From Muribaculaceae bacterium (GTDB taxonomy: Bacteria; Bacteroidota; Bacteroidia; Bacteroidales; Muribaculaceae): a stretch of 64,000 nucleotides of DNA. The position numbers and the translations under genes were made by a program. The stretch lies in contig VSPO01000002.1 of assembly GCA_009775375.1 (NCBI GenBank), positions 3,593-67,592 on the forward strand, read 5' to 3'. A model generated the notes under the pieces. That model was not told where the DNA came from and did no database searches. It saw only the letters and a program-made list of their open reading frames with translations. Positions within the stretch are counted from its first letter, which is position 1. Every line of letters starts with the position of its first letter. This document shows, piece by piece, positions 39,626 to 50,781 of the stretch.

Positions 39626-40894
39626 ATGGAGCTACCCAAAGGTTTTATAGAAATGATGTCGGAGATTCTCGGCCCGGAGACGGATGATTTCCTTCGGGCC
39701 ATGAATGAGCCTCCGGTAGTCTCAGTCAGAGTCAACGGCAGAAAACCGACATCTGCGTTTGCTGGGGAAAGAGACGTAAAATGGTGTGATAAGGGATATT
39801 ATCTTAAGGATAGACCTGTGTTTACGCTTGATCCCCTGCTTCATGCCGGTGCCTATTACGTGCAGGACGCCTCATCGATGATTTACTATGAAGCCACACG
39901 TAGGATACTCTCCGGACTGGGTGCCGTGTCTGAAGATGGAAAGCCTCTTCATCCGGTCGGCGTGCTCGATATGTGCGCCGCCCCGGGAGGTAAGACCACG
40001 GCAATAATCGACGCTCTTCCCGATGGGTCGAGGGTCGTTGCTAACGAATACGTAGGGAAGAGAGCCGGAATACTTCGGGAAAATCTCATAAAATGGGGAT
40101 ATCCTGACGTGACGGTGACCAACCGGGATTCCTCATGGTTTGCCGAAGATGGAGGCAAATATGATATAGTGGCGGTGGATGCCCCCTGTTCCGGCGAGGG
40201 GATGATGCGTAAAGAGCCTGAGGCCGTCAGACAATGGAGTGAGGATTTGATCGATAAATGCAGCAGTCTTCAAAGAGAGATTCTGACCAACGCTGCCAAC
40301 GCAGTCGCCGTCGGAGGTTTCCTAATTTATTCCACCTGCACGTTCAATCGCAGGGAGAATGAGGATAATGCCGAATTCATAGCCGAAGAGCTTGGCCTTG
40401 TCCCCTATGACCCCGCTTTCCCGAAAGAATGGGGCATACCGTCCGGAATAGGCACATCGTTGCCTGTCAGCCGCTTCATGCCCCACAAAACCGAGGGTGA
40501 GGGATTGTTTCTCGCTATTTTCAGGAAGCCGGGTGAATATGTCCGCTCTCATATCAATAAATCAGCACCTTGCCTGTGCCGAAGGATCGAGCCTGCGTCA
40601 CAGGCATGCCGCTCCTCAAGAATTAAGGGAGGGAAAAAGACTCGGGATGCAGAGCCCCCGGAGATGGAAAGGATTCTTGCCGTGGATTTCGACAAGTCGG
40701 CTTATGTGACTGCGGAGCTTGACAGGGAGACGGCTTTGGCGTATCTGAGAAGGGAGTCGATAGTGTTGCCTCCTGTTGTGGCCAAGGGCATTGTGATAGT
40801 CTGCTATGAAGGTCTTCCCTTGGGACCTGTCAAAAACATCGGAAGCCGTGCCAACAATCTTTATCCTAAGAACTGGCGTATCCTAATGCGCTAA
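39626..40894 (+). CDS. RsmB/RsmF (NOL1/NOP2/Sun) RNA m5C methyltransferase
   Basis: YVQDASS, DMCAAPGGKT, DAPCSGEG, YSTCT; C-terminal NNLYPKNWRI. Confidence 0.9.
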   Translation: MELPKGFIEMMSEILGPETDDFLRAMNEPPVVSVRVNGRKPTSAFAGERDVKWCDKGYYLKDRPVFTLDPLLHAGAYYVQDASSMIYYEATRRILSGLGAVSEDGKPLHPVGVLDMCAAPGGKTTAIIDALPDGSRVVANEYVGKRAGILRENLIKWGYPDVTVTNRDSSWFAEDGGKYDIVAVDAPCSGEGMMRKEPEAVRQWSEDLIDKCSSLQREILTNAANAVAVGGFLIYSTCTFNRRENEDNAEFIAEELGLVPYDPAFPKEWGIPSGIGTSLPVSRFMPHKTEGEGLFLAIFRKPGEYVRSHINKSAPCLCRRIEPASQACRSSRIKGGKKTRDAEPPEMERILAVDFDKSAYVTAELDRETALAYLRRESIVLPPVVAKGIVIVCYEGLPLGPVKNIGSRANNLYPKNWRILMR

Positions 40895-41036
40895 GAGCAC
40901 GCTCTTAGCTCAGCATTGCTTGAACCACAGGTTTTGCAACCGTGTTTTATTTGTAATCCATTAACTTTGTGGAAATATCTCCTCCCATGTTGCCGACGTT
41001 GCAATCAAGATGTGAGAAATTTCAAAATAATTAGAA

Positions 41037-43271
41037 ATGAGTAAAAACAAGGATAAAGGAGTTTTCCCGGTGACGGGCATGATGTGTGCCGTATGTGCCG
41101 GGACTGTTGAGAAAACCGTATCGGAAGTTCCGGGCGTGTCGGATGTGGCAGTCAATTTTGCCTCGTCGGAGGTTTCGTTTTCATGGGATGCGTCTGCCAC
41201 GTCTCCCGAGAAGGTGGCGGAGGCCGTCCGTGCGGCCGGCTACGACATGATTGTGGAGGATTCCGAGGCAAAGGCCGTGGAAGAGAAACAGAAGTCAGAC
41301 ATGCGGCAGTATAAGAGAATGCGCACGGACCTTATCTTGGCGTGGGTCTTCACTATCCCGTTGAGCTGCATATGTATGCTCCACATTCATTTCCCCGGCG
41401 ACGGCTACGTCATGATGATGCTTGCGCTCGCGGTGATGGCCGTCAGTGGAAGGCGATTCTACGTCAATGGTTTGCGACATCTTTTCAGCGGGCGTCCCGA
41501 TATGGATTCTCTCGTGGCGGTTTCCACTCTTGTCAGCTTCCTATTTTCGCTTTTCAATACGCTATTCCCTTCATATTTCACGTCAAAAGGGATTCCGGCC
41601 GACCTCTATTATGAGGCTGCTGCCATGATTGTTGCGTTTGTGCTGACGGGAAAATTCATGGAGATGCGTGCCAGGCGTAACACTGGCACTGCCATAAAGG
41701 CTCTTATGGGTCTTCAGCCTTCCGAAGCATTGGTGGTTGATGCAGGCGGCAATCTGACGACGGTCAGTGTCAATGATATCAAGCCCGGTGACCGACTGTC
41801 GGTGCGACCGGGGGAACGGATTCCTGTGGATGGTAAAGTCGTGGCGGGAATATCAGTCGTGGATGAAAGTATGCTGACCGGTGAGCCGGAGGGAGTAGAG
41901 AAAGTGGCCGACGACAAAGTGACAGCCGGCACCATGAACGGCAACGGCACGTTGACGGTCGTGGCGGAAAAGGTAGGCAAGGCCACGGAACTTTCTCGCA
42001 TAATCCGTTGCGTCAGGGAAGCGCAGGGCTCCAAGGCCCCGGTTCAGAGGCTTGTCGACAAAATCAGCCGCGTTTTTGTTCCCGTTGTCATATCCGTCGC
42101 CATACTGACATTCGTGGTCTGGATAAGCTTCGGGATCGACAAGCTTCCTATGGCTGTCTTGGCGGCGGTGTCGGTGTTGGTGATAGCTTGTCCCTGCGCT
42201 TTGGGGCTCGCCACGCCTACGGCCGTAATGGTCGGCATTGGCAGGGGTGCCTCTAATGGGATATTGATAAAGGAGGCCGCCGCGCTTGAGCAGTTGCAGA
42301 AGGTCGATACGCTTGCGATTGACAAGACCGGCACGATTACGGAGGGCCTGCCTTCCGTCGTGGATATCTTTCAGGATGGGGAATCGGAGCCCTTGTTCTT
42401 CGATGCGCTGAGTCGGCTTGAGAGGCATTCCACGCATCCCCTTGCCAAGGCGATTTCTGAATGGACAAAAGCCAACGGGACAACTTCCGGAGCCGTGGAA
42501 ATAGAAGATTTCGAGAATATCCCCGGTATGGGAATCGTTGGAAAAGTCGGGAATATACGGGCATGGATTGGCAATGAAAGTCTGGCGGATAGAATGGAAG
42601 CTCCGACATCTTCTGAAATGAGCTCTATGGCTGCGGAGTGGGCACGGGAAGGCGCGGGAGTGGTTTTCGCCGGAATCCCCGGGAAAAACCTGGTGGTATT
42701 CAAAGTTGCGGATACGATTCGTCAGGATGCCGCAGAGGCAGTCGAGGCTTTGAAAGATATGGGAGTGACGACAATACTGCTGACCGGTGACCGTTTCGCC
42801 ACTGCCAAGCATGTGGGGAGGCTTGTCGGAATCGATGAGGTGGTTGCCGAAGTCCTTCCTCAAGGAAAGCAAGACGAGATAAAATCGTTGAAAAAGGAGG
42901 GCCGCTTTGTGGCAATGGCAGGCGACGGCATCAATGATTCGCAGGCACTTGCGGAGGCGGATGTCTCTATTGCTATGGGAGGGGGAAGCGATATCGCGAT
43001 GGAAGTGGCGCAATTGACCATTATTTCCGGCAAACTTACCTACATACCAAAGGCTATCCGTCTGTCGGCTGCCACATTAAAGGTCATTAAAGAGAATCTG
43101 TTCTGGGCATTTATCTATAATGTCTTGGGCATTCCTTTGTCGGCCGGCGTGCTTTACCCCGTCTGCGGATTGATGCTGACTCCGATGATCGCTTCGGCGG
43201 CAATGGCATTCTCCTCTGTGTGTGTCGTGGCAAATTCTCTAAGGCTTAATAAAATCCGTATTGACCATTGA
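41037..43271 (+). CDS. copA: Cu(+)-type P1B ATPase
   Basis: N-terminal GMMCAVC, CPC, DKTGT, HP, GDGIND, YN and MAFSS. Confidence 0.9.
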   Translation: MSKNKDKGVFPVTGMMCAVCAGTVEKTVSEVPGVSDVAVNFASSEVSFSWDASATSPEKVAEAVRAAGYDMIVEDSEAKAVEEKQKSDMRQYKRMRTDLILAWVFTIPLSCICMLHIHFPGDGYVMMMLALAVMAVSGRRFYVNGLRHLFSGRPDMDSLVAVSTLVSFLFSLFNTLFPSYFTSKGIPADLYYEAAAMIVAFVLTGKFMEMRARRNTGTAIKALMGLQPSEALVVDAGGNLTTVSVNDIKPGDRLSVRPGERIPVDGKVVAGISVVDESMLTGEPEGVEKVADDKVTAGTMNGNGTLTVVAEKVGKATELSRIIRCVREAQGSKAPVQRLVDKISRVFVPVVISVAILTFVVWISFGIDKLPMAVLAAVSVLVIACPCALGLATPTAVMVGIGRGASNGILIKEAAALEQLQKVDTLAIDKTGTITEGLPSVVDIFQDGESEPLFFDALSRLERHSTHPLAKAISEWTKANGTTSGAVEIEDFENIPGMGIVGKVGNIRAWIGNESLADRMEAPTSSEMSSMAAEWAREGAGVVFAGIPGKNLVVFKVADTIRQDAAEAVEALKDMGVTTILLTGDRFATAKHVGRLVGIDEVVAEVLPQGKQDEIKSLKKEGRFVAMAGDGINDSQALAEADVSIAMGGGSDIAMEVAQLTIISGKLTYIPKAIRLSAATLKVIKENLFWAFIYNVLGIPLSAGVLYPVCGLMLTPMIASAAMAFSSVCVVANSLRLNKIRIDH

Positions 43272-43362
43272 GGTCGCTCAGATAAGGATTGTCTTTTTGG
43301 GTATATGTAGAGATTAGTTTTGATGACATGCGCTTTCGGGTATACCCCTCGATAAGTGATGA

Positions 43363-43394
43363 TTTGGTTCTTTCGTCAGAAATCTGTAATTTTG
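43363..43394 (+). promoter_or_regulatory. Promoter of the metal chaperone gene
   Basis: TTTG, 20-bp spacer, TAATTTTG. Confidence 0.65.
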
Positions 43395-43541
43395 CATGAA
43401 TCGAGGAGAAATTGCCGACATGGATGTTTCCCCGAAGGGAGACTATTCAAGACGTTTCCCGATATAGGAAGACAGACCCATCTAATATGCGGATGCCGTT
43501 TGGATTTGATATAATTATTTAGAAATAAAATTGATAAAGAT

Positions 43542-43757
43542 ATGAAGTTTAAGACCAATGCGAAATGCGCAGGCTGCTCGGCAGCTATATTAAAGGCGAT
43601 GAACGCCGAGTTTCCGAATGAGGAATGGACTCTTGATTTGACCACCGCCGACAAAGTGCTTGAAAATCATGGCGTTCCTGAAGACGCAGCCAAGGCGGCT
43701 CAGGTGATAAAGACTCTGGAAGAGACAGGGTTTAAAGGCTCATGGATTCAACAATAG
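43542..43757 (+). CDS. HMA-domain metal chaperone (CopZ-like)
   Basis: 71 aa, KFKTNAKCAGC, next to copA. Confidence 0.75.
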   Translation: MKFKTNAKCAGCSAAILKAMNAEFPNEEWTLDLTTADKVLENHGVPEDAAKAAQVIKTLEETGFKGSWIQQ

Positions 43758-44497
43758 ACCCTGTGTCGGAGCCTTCGACTGGCGAAGCATGGGACGACCG
43801 TACACTACGTCTATTGGGTGAAGATGGAGTGGAACGTCTGCGCAGGTCGTCGGTTCTCGTAGTCGGAGTTGGCGGAGTCGGTGGATATGCCGCTGAGATG
43901 CTCGCGAGAAGTGGCGTCGGAAACATGACGATAGTCGATTCCGACAATGTCGCCGAAAGCAACGTCAATCGCCAGCTGATAGCCACGACTTCCACCGTCG
44001 GCCGTCCGAAGGTGGAGCTTTTTGCAGATCGGTTTCGCGACATCAATCCTGAGATCAACGTAAATCCTAAAATAGAGTTTGTTGATGCAGAAAAGATTGA
44101 GGATTTATTCTGCAATGGCGGCTATGATTATGTGGTCGATGCGATCGACACGGTCGCTCCCAAGGTGGCCTTGATTGCCCATTGCCTGCGACACAGGATT
44201 CCCATTGTTTCGTCGATGGGCGCAGGAGGAAGGATCGATGTCACGAAAGTAGGATACTACGACCTTTGGGAGACCCGTGAAGACGGTCTGGCACGTGCCG
44301 TAAGACAAAAACTGAAGGCCATGTCGCTACGCAGGCCGCTTAAGGTGGTGGCAAGCACTGAGAAACCTATGTCTCATTCGCTGATACAGCTTGAGACTGT
44401 CAACAAAAGGAGTTCATATGGCACTCTCGCCACTATTCCGGCTTTGTTCGGAATCTTTCTTGCAAACCACGTTATCAGAAAACTAACAGGAATATAG
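43742..44497 (+). CDS. tcdA: ThiF-family tRNA ct6A dehydratase
   Basis: GVGGVGG, SNVNRQ, DAIDT, SSMGAGG. Confidence 0.85.
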   Translation: MDSTIDPVSEPSTGEAWDDRTLRLLGEDGVERLRRSSVLVVGVGGVGGYAAEMLARSGVGNMTIVDSDNVAESNVNRQLIATTSTVGRPKVELFADRFRDINPEINVNPKIEFVDAEKIEDLFCNGGYDYVVDAIDTVAPKVALIAHCLRHRIPIVSSMGAGGRIDVTKVGYYDLWETREDGLARAVRQKLKAMSLRRPLKVVASTEKPMSHSLIQLETVNKRSSYGTLATIPALFGIFLANHVIRKLTGI

Positions 44498-44500
44498 AAG

Positions 44501-45208
44501 ATGATAGAAATCCGTAATGTCACGAAATCATACGGCCCGCTGACCGTGCTCCACGACGTTTCCCTGACCATACCCGAGGGGGAAATCATGGCCATAGTCG
44601 GTCCGTCGGGAGCCGGGAAGACTACCCTGCTGCAGATTGCCGGCACGCTCGACCGTCCTGATTCCGGAGGGGTGTGGTTTGACGGGACTGATCTTTTCCA
44701 ACTAAAAGACAAGCCTCTCTCCGCGTTCCGCAATCTTAATATAGGCTTCGTTTTTCAGTTTCATCAGCTTCTCCCGGAGTTCAGTGCTTTGGAAAACGTG
44801 GCGATGCCTGCTCTTATAGCCGGACGGGATAGGAAAGAGGCTTTCAGGGAGGCGGAGAAGCTCTTGGGTGAGTTTGGACTTGGCCACAGGCTCTCCCATC
44901 GTCCGTCGGAACTGTCGGGAGGCGAAAAGCAGCGAACGGCCATAGCCCGGGCTCTTGTCAACAATCCGAGGATGGTGCTCGCTGATGAACCCACCGGCAG
45001 CCTTGACTCTCGCAACCGCCTGGAGATCCAGGAAATCATATCTGGCCTTCGGGCGGATAGGCGACAGACATTCGTGGTCGTCACCCACGACCGGGACATG
45101 GCCTCGATTGCCGACCTGACAGTGGAAATGGCCGACGGAAGAATAGTGGGCAGCAGCAGAAAAACGGAAGAAATTGCCGACGCAGCCAATATTGTTTTGG
45201 ATGTTTGA
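44501..45208 (+). CDS. ABC transporter ATP-binding protein (LolD-like)
   Basis: GPSGAGKT, FVFQFHQLL, LSGGEKQR, ADEPTG. Confidence 0.88.
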   Translation: MIEIRNVTKSYGPLTVLHDVSLTIPEGEIMAIVGPSGAGKTTLLQIAGTLDRPDSGGVWFDGTDLFQLKDKPLSAFRNLNIGFVFQFHQLLPEFSALENVAMPALIAGRDRKEAFREAEKLLGEFGLGHRLSHRPSELSGGEKQRTAIARALVNNPRMVLADEPTGSLDSRNRLEIQEIISGLRADRRQTFVVVTHDRDMASIADLTVEMADGRIVGSSRKTEEIADAANIVLDV

Positions 45209-45315
45209 GCTTTTTTCGCTATCTTCGCGTTCCTATTTCGGAATTGCCCGGGCTCTTTTTTTAGATTGCTCACAGGGCAACCACCTATTTTAATAATCAT
45301 AAATAAAGAATAAAA

Positions 45316-45609
45316 ATGGCAACACCAGAAAACCAGAACAAAAATCAACTTCAGATTCAACTCCGTCCTGAAATCGCCGATGGAAAATACAGCAATCTCG
45401 CTATGATCGGCCACGGCCCCAATGAATTCCTTATTGATTTCATCTTCGCCGCTCCCGGCATGCCCCAGGCTCCGGTGGTAAGCCGCGTCATCATGAGCCC
45501 GGAGAATGCAAAGCAGCTCATGTTCGCCCTGACGGACAACATCAAGAAATATGAGGCTCAGTTCGGCGAGATCACTCCCCGTCAGAACCAGGCCATCGGC
45601 AACAACTGA
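45316..45609 (+). CDS. DUF3467-like protein
   Basis: YSNLA.I.H...EF..DF...PG.P...V.SRVIM.P..AK...YE..FGEI. Confidence 0.8.
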   Translation: MATPENQNKNQLQIQLRPEIADGKYSNLAMIGHGPNEFLIDFIFAAPGMPQAPVVSRVIMSPENAKQLMFALTDNIKKYEAQFGEITPRQNQAIGNN

Positions 45610-45617
45610 TCAGAATA

Positions 45618-47093
45618 ATGGACAACAACCTTACGCTCTACAATTCGCTCACGCGCATCAAGATGCCTTTCAAGCCTATACATGATGGTCACGTGGGCAT
45701 GTATGTGTGCGGGCCTACTGTATATGGCGACGCACATCTGGGGCATGCTCGCCCCGCAATCACGTTTGACGTACTTTTCCGTTATCTGCGTCACCTGGGC
45801 TATAAGGTGCGTTACGTCAGAAATATCACGGATGTCGGCCATCTTGAGCATGACGCCGATTCCGGAGAAGACAAGATAGCCAAGAAGGCACGTCTCGAGC
45901 AGCTTGAGCCTATGGAGGTGGTGCAGCTTTATCTCAACCGCTACCACCACGACATGGAGGCTCTCAACGTGCTGCCGCCGAGCATCGAGCCCCATGCTTC
46001 AGGCCATATTATCGAGCAGATAGAGTATGTCAAGAAGATACTCGACGCCGGATATGCCTATGAAAGCAACGGATCGGTCTATTTCGATGTGGAGAAATAC
46101 AACCGCGACCATCACTACGGCAAGCTTTCCGGACGAAATATCGAGGATCTGCTTTCTACGACCCGTGAACTCGACGGACAGGAGGAGAAACGCAATCCTC
46201 TCGACTTTGCCCTTTGGAAGAAGGCTGCGCCGGAGCATATAATGCACTGGCCCTCTCCCTGGAGCGAGGGTTTCCCGGGATGGCATCTTGAATGCTCCAC
46301 GATGGGAGAAAAGTATCTTGGGGAGACTTTCGACATCCATGGCGGTGGCCTTGACCTGCTTTTCCCCCACCATGAGTGCGAGATCGCGCAAAGCGTGGCG
46401 GCGCAGGGTCATGAGGCGGTGAAATATTGGGTTCATAACAATATGATCACCATCATGGGAAAGAAAATGGGCAAGAGCTACAATAATTTCATTACCCTCG
46501 AACAATTCTTCGACGGGTCGCATCCGAAATTGGAGCAGGCCTATTCCCCGATGGTGATACGTTTCTTCATCCTTCAAGCCCACTACCGTTCGACTGTCGA
46601 TTTCTCGAACGCAGCCCTTCAGGCGGCGGAAAAAGCATTCCAAAAAATCACAGACGGCTATCGCCGTCTGCAGAATCTCCTCCCGGCAGAGAAATCCACG
46701 GTGGAGGTGCCCGATTTCCTCACGAAATGCTATGAGGCGATGGATGATGACCTCAACACTCCCCAAGTGATAGCGCAGCTCTTTGATGCATGCAGGATTA
46801 TCAATTCAGCCTCCGACGGCAACGTGAAGCTTTCTGCCGACAACATCGCGAGATTGCGCCATCTGTTTGACGTTTTCCTCATTGAGATACTCGGAATGCG
46901 CATGGCCGCCGACAGCGAGAATGCCTCGGCGTCGAAAGCCTACGAAGGTGCGGTAGATCTTCTGATGGAGGTTCGCAAGAACGCAAAAGCAGCCAAAGAT
47001 TGGGCTACTTCCGACCTCATCCGCGACAAGCTCGCCTCCCTCGGTTTCGACATCAAAGACACAAAAGCAGGTGTGGAATGGTCGCTACGCTGA
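45618..47093 (+). CDS. cysS: Cysteinyl-tRNA synthetase
   Basis: CGPTVY, HLGH, PGWHLEC, KMGKS. Confidence 0.96.
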   Translation: MDNNLTLYNSLTRIKMPFKPIHDGHVGMYVCGPTVYGDAHLGHARPAITFDVLFRYLRHLGYKVRYVRNITDVGHLEHDADSGEDKIAKKARLEQLEPMEVVQLYLNRYHHDMEALNVLPPSIEPHASGHIIEQIEYVKKILDAGYAYESNGSVYFDVEKYNRDHHYGKLSGRNIEDLLSTTRELDGQEEKRNPLDFALWKKAAPEHIMHWPSPWSEGFPGWHLECSTMGEKYLGETFDIHGGGLDLLFPHHECEIAQSVAAQGHEAVKYWVHNNMITIMGKKMGKSYNNFITLEQFFDGSHPKLEQAYSPMVIRFFILQAHYRSTVDFSNAALQAAEKAFQKITDGYRRLQNLLPAEKSTVEVPDFLTKCYEAMDDDLNTPQVIAQLFDACRIINSASDGNVKLSADNIARLRHLFDVFLIEILGMRMAADSENASASKAYEGAVDLLMEVRKNAKAAKDWATSDLIRDKLASLGFDIKDTKAGVEWSLR

Positions 47094-47115
47094 CCGGCGT
47101 CCTGCAAATATTCAA

Positions 47116-47155
47116 AAAGACAAGGGAATCCAAGCTTTTGGATTCCCTTGTCTTT
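47116..47155. terminator. Bidirectional terminator between cysS and ispG
   Basis: Perfect 18-bp stem aaagacaagggaatccaa / ttggattcccttgtcttt. Confidence 0.85.
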
Positions 47156-47175
47156 CTAAATATCTGCACCCTTGT

Positions 47176-48798
47176 TTATCTGGATTCATGGATGAGGTTG
47201 AGGAGCTCGGAGATGGCTGTCTCCGAGGGTATGTTCTTCTTTATAAGTTGCTTCCCTTTGTAGAGGCTGACCTTTCCGGGTCCGGCTCCTACATAACCAA
47301 AATCGGCATCCGCCATCTCTCCCGGACCATTGACGATGCACCCCATCACTCCTATCTTCAGCCCTTTCAGATCCCCGGTGGCTTCCTTGACTTTCTTAAG
47401 GGTCTGCTGGAGGTCGAACAGAGTCCTTCCGCATCCCGGGCACGCGATATATTCCGTTTTGCTGATGCGTAGTCTTGCTGCCTGAAGCAATCCCAAAGCT
47501 ACGGAATTCAGGCTCTCCATCGTAAAGGCTTTCCCTTCCACCCATATGCCGGAACCATAACCGCCAAGCAGAAGCGGACCGAAATCGGCTCCGGCTTTCA
47601 CCTGAAGGTCCTCCAGGTCGGTGTCGTCATATGCCATATGGATGATTATAGGATTTTTGCCGCCTAAACTGGCGAAACGGTCGATCCATGACGCTATTTC
47701 CCCGGGGCGGTTGACATTGGTCGATGATATGACTATGGGCAACGAATCGGAGAATAATTGCGGCTCAGAAGCGGCATCTACGCGATGCCACGCCTCCGGC
47801 GCGCCCGGAAGGTCATGACCTATGACAATTGGCCATGTCTCTCTCTCTAATCCCGGAATGGAGACTGAGACTTTCCTGACAGGGGCGGGAAGCACTGTCG
47901 AAGGCTCCACCACCTGAGTCTGATTCCTCCTCTCCCCGATGTAATCGCGCAATTTGACTGCCACAGGGATCTCATATTCCGGATCTTCAGTCAGCGACAC
48001 CCGGATGGTGTCGCCTATGCCGTGGGAAAGAAGGGTGCCTATGCCGACGGAGCTTTTGATTCTGCCGTCTTCTCCGTCTCCAGCCTCTGTCACTCCGAGA
48101 TGCAGAGGATATTCCATCCCCTCCTCCCTCATCCTTTTGTCAAGAAGCATGATTGTCTCAACCATAATGACCACGTTTGAGGCCTTTATGGAGATTACGA
48201 TGTCGTTGAAATCTGCCTCCCGGCATATGCGGAGAAATTCAAGGGCTGATTCCACCATCCCGGCCGGAGTGTCGCCATAGCGGCTCATTATGCGGTCGGA
48301 GAGCGAACCGTGGTTCACGCCAAGCCGCACGGCCGTGGAATGCTTCCTGCATATTTCAAGAAAGGGGACGAGTGTCTCCCTTATTTTTTCTATTTCGGCC
48401 GCATACTCCTCGTCGGTGAACTCAAGCTGCTTGAAAGTGCGGGCCGCGTCGACGAAATTGCCCGGATTGATGCGGACTTTTTCGCAGGTCGTGGCCGCCT
48501 TGAAAGCCGCGTTGGGATTGAAATGCACGTCTGCCACCAAAGGCACGTCGCATCCGGCCTCGTCAAGACCTTTACGTATCGAGGTCATGTTCTCTGCCTC
48601 TCGCACGCCCTGGGTGGTCAGCCTGACGATTTCCCCTCCGGCCTTTGCTATTCTGAGGGCCTGCGCGACGCTCGACTCCGTGTCGAGCGTCGAAGTATTG
48701 TTCATCGACTGTATGCGGACGGGATTATCCCCCCCGATTCCTACGTTGCCAACGTTTGTGACGCTGCTTTTGCGGCGTCTGTAATTATATATGCTCAT
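47176..48798 (-). CDS. ispG: HMBPP synthase
   Basis: QSMNNT, VADVHF, RINPGN, HLGVTEAG, CPGCGR, MGCIVNGPGE. Confidence 0.95.
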   Translation of the reverse strand: MSIYNYRRRKSSVTNVGNVGIGGDNPVRIQSMNNTSTLDTESSVAQALRIAKAGGEIVRLTTQGVREAENMTSIRKGLDEAGCDVPLVADVHFNPNAAFKAATTCEKVRINPGNFVDAARTFKQLEFTDEEYAAEIEKIRETLVPFLEICRKHSTAVRLGVNHGSLSDRIMSRYGDTPAGMVESALEFLRICREADFNDIVISIKASNVVIMVETIMLLDKRMREEGMEYPLHLGVTEAGDGEDGRIKSSVGIGTLLSHGIGDTIRVSLTEDPEYEIPVAVKLRDYIGERRNQTQVVEPSTVLPAPVRKVSVSIPGLERETWPIVIGHDLPGAPEAWHRVDAASEPQLFSDSLPIVISSTNVNRPGEIASWIDRFASLGGKNPIIIHMAYDDTDLEDLQVKAGADFGPLLLGGYGSGIWVEGKAFTMESLNSVALGLLQAARLRISKTEYIACPGCGRTLFDLQQTLKKVKEATGDLKGLKIGVMGCIVNGPGEMADADFGYVGAGPGKVSLYKGKQLIKKNIPSETAISELLNLIHESR

Positions 48799-48859
48799 GA
48801 TGATATTGCGGTAATTGTATGGATGTATGCTTGTCGTCAGATCGATGTTGGGGAAAGGG

Positions 48860-49693
48860 CTATTTGATCATGGTCAGGAAGAACACGCTGCAGAATCCTA
48901 CGGCATAACCTGCCAGCACCTGCCACACCGTATGCCTGCGAAGCCAGACCCTTGCCGAACCGAGAAGCCCCGTGAGCACGAGCGACAGAATCAGCCAGAA
49001 GAATAGCTCCGGCTCCGGCGAACCGTCTTTCTGAATCCTGATAAGCAATGCCACGATTCCGGCGATTCCGGCGGCATGGGCGGAGATTTTCCACCAGAAG
49101 TTTATCACGAGGTTGACCAGACTTGCCAACGCGCCTCCTGCAAAGAAAAGGCTAAGCCAAGCCGGAGCCCCTTTGGAGGCCATGAACCATGCCGTGGCTA
49201 AATAGCACACTGTTATGATGACGTAAGGGATTGGCCGTTCTTTTCTGCCGTTCAGTCCTAAGTCGCCTACGTATCCAAGCTTCTTTAAAAGCACGATTAT
49301 CAGCATCGGAATGACGACATCGATTCCCGCCACTATGAGAGTGAAATATATCCTCATTCCCATTGGGGCGACATCGAGGATGGAAAGTCCGAAAGCGAGA
49401 ATCAATCCGTAGACTGGCATCAAAAGAGGGACGAGCACCCACGAGAGCACGTTGGAGAAAACCGTGACGGCGCGTTCGGTTCCCGATTCTTCGTCATCCT
49501 TATTGCCATGGTGGGCGTGTTGTGTTTTAGCCGGCTCAAGGGGAGGGGGCGGCGTAGAGGATTGTTCTGAGTCGCGGTCGTCCGGCTTGTCTCCAAACAG
49601 GCCTCTTCTGTTGTTGTTGAGGCTGTAGCGGTCGTTGTCGCTGCCGTCGGGCGACGGCACTTCGGGATAATATGAGGATGTATCGATTGGCAT
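48860..49693 (-). CDS. Membrane protein, PAP2-like C-terminus
   Basis: About 6 TMs; KISAH and SARV.LRRHT..QV..G. Confidence 0.65.
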   Translation of the reverse strand: MPIDTSSYYPEVPSPDGSDNDRYSLNNNRRGLFGDKPDDRDSEQSSTPPPPLEPAKTQHAHHGNKDDEESGTERAVTVFSNVLSWVLVPLLMPVYGLILAFGLSILDVAPMGMRIYFTLIVAGIDVVIPMLIIVLLKKLGYVGDLGLNGRKERPIPYVIITVCYLATAWFMASKGAPAWLSLFFAGGALASLVNLVINFWWKISAHAAGIAGIVALLIRIQKDGSPEPELFFWLILSLVLTGLLGSARVWLRRHTVWQVLAGYAVGFCSVFFLTMIK

Positions 49694-49758
49694 ATCAATG
49701 TTTGTTTTGATGTTTTGCTATGTTAATCATGCCTTGTGTCTGTGCGTGCCCGCGTGGC

Positions 49759-50709
49759 TCAGTCCTGCTTGTCCCGGCTGCCTGATGTCTTCACGGCATT
49801 CTGGAATTTCGCCGGGACCGGAAGCTCAAACCTCATGTCCTTGCGCGTTATAGGATGGGCAAAACGCAGGGTGCGGGCATGGAGGCAAAGGCGATGGAGC
49901 CGGCTTTCCTTGGCTCCGTATTTACGGTCGCCGGAGATGGGATGCCCCATCTCGGAGGCATGCACCCTGATTTGGTTTTTCCTGCCCGTGTCGAGAGAAA
50001 ATTCCACGAGAGAGAGTCCGTTGCCGCGTTTGAGGACGTTGAAATTTGTGACGGCGAGTTTCCCCTCATCAGGATTGTCGGTGGAGTAGACCACGAATTG
50101 GGAGTTCTCCGTCAGTCTTGACTTGATGAATCCCTTGTCTTCCTTCACGTATCCCTCAAGAAGGGCAACGTAAAGACGGTCGAGCACCATATTGTTCCAG
50201 TTGTGGCGCAGGTTTTCCTGAGCTTCCTGGCTTTTGGCAAACATCATAAGGCCCGACGTGTCGCGGTCAAGACGATGCACCACGAAAAGCTTGTTGCGCG
50301 GATCCTGCATCTTTATGTATTCCCTGACAATATCGTAGGCTGATATCTCCTTTTTGTGGCTTTGTGTGCCCACGGAAAGAAGTCCATATCCCTTGTTGAC
50401 TACGATGATGTCGTTGTCTTCATAGACAAGCTGCAGACGTGGATGGCGGAGCACGACAAATGGCCGCGAAAGGTTGATTTCCACGAGGTTGCCTTGAGCG
50501 ATCGGGGCATCGAAAGCTGTGGTCACCGTGCCGTCGACCCGCATCTGCCCGTGGCGAAGCCATGATTTCAGGTCGGACCTGCTCCTGTCGGGCATTTTTT
50601 CTGCCACGAAAGCAAGCAGTTTTCCCTCGTCGGGGCCTTCGTTTGTCCATGAAAGGATGCGGTCTTCACGAAATATATTTTTTGTCTGATGATGTCTGTC
50701 GCGTTGCAT
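49759..50709 (-). CDS. RluA-family pseudouridine synthase
   Basis: HRLDRDTSG, TGRKNQIR, GDRKYG. Confidence 0.92.
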   Translation of the reverse strand: MQRDRHHQTKNIFREDRILSWTNEGPDEGKLLAFVAEKMPDRSRSDLKSWLRHGQMRVDGTVTTAFDAPIAQGNLVEINLSRPFVVLRHPRLQLVYEDNDIIVVNKGYGLLSVGTQSHKKEISAYDIVREYIKMQDPRNKLFVVHRLDRDTSGLMMFAKSQEAQENLRHNWNNMVLDRLYVALLEGYVKEDKGFIKSRLTENSQFVVYSTDNPDEGKLAVTNFNVLKRGNGLSLVEFSLDTGRKNQIRVHASEMGHPISGDRKYGAKESRLHRLCLHARTLRFAHPITRKDMRFELPVPAKFQNAVKTSGSRDKQD

Positions 50710-50781
50710 TTATGTCTGTTTTATAATATAACAATTTAATCCGTGTTCTGTTATCCGATGGGATCCCTCATTTGGATGTCG

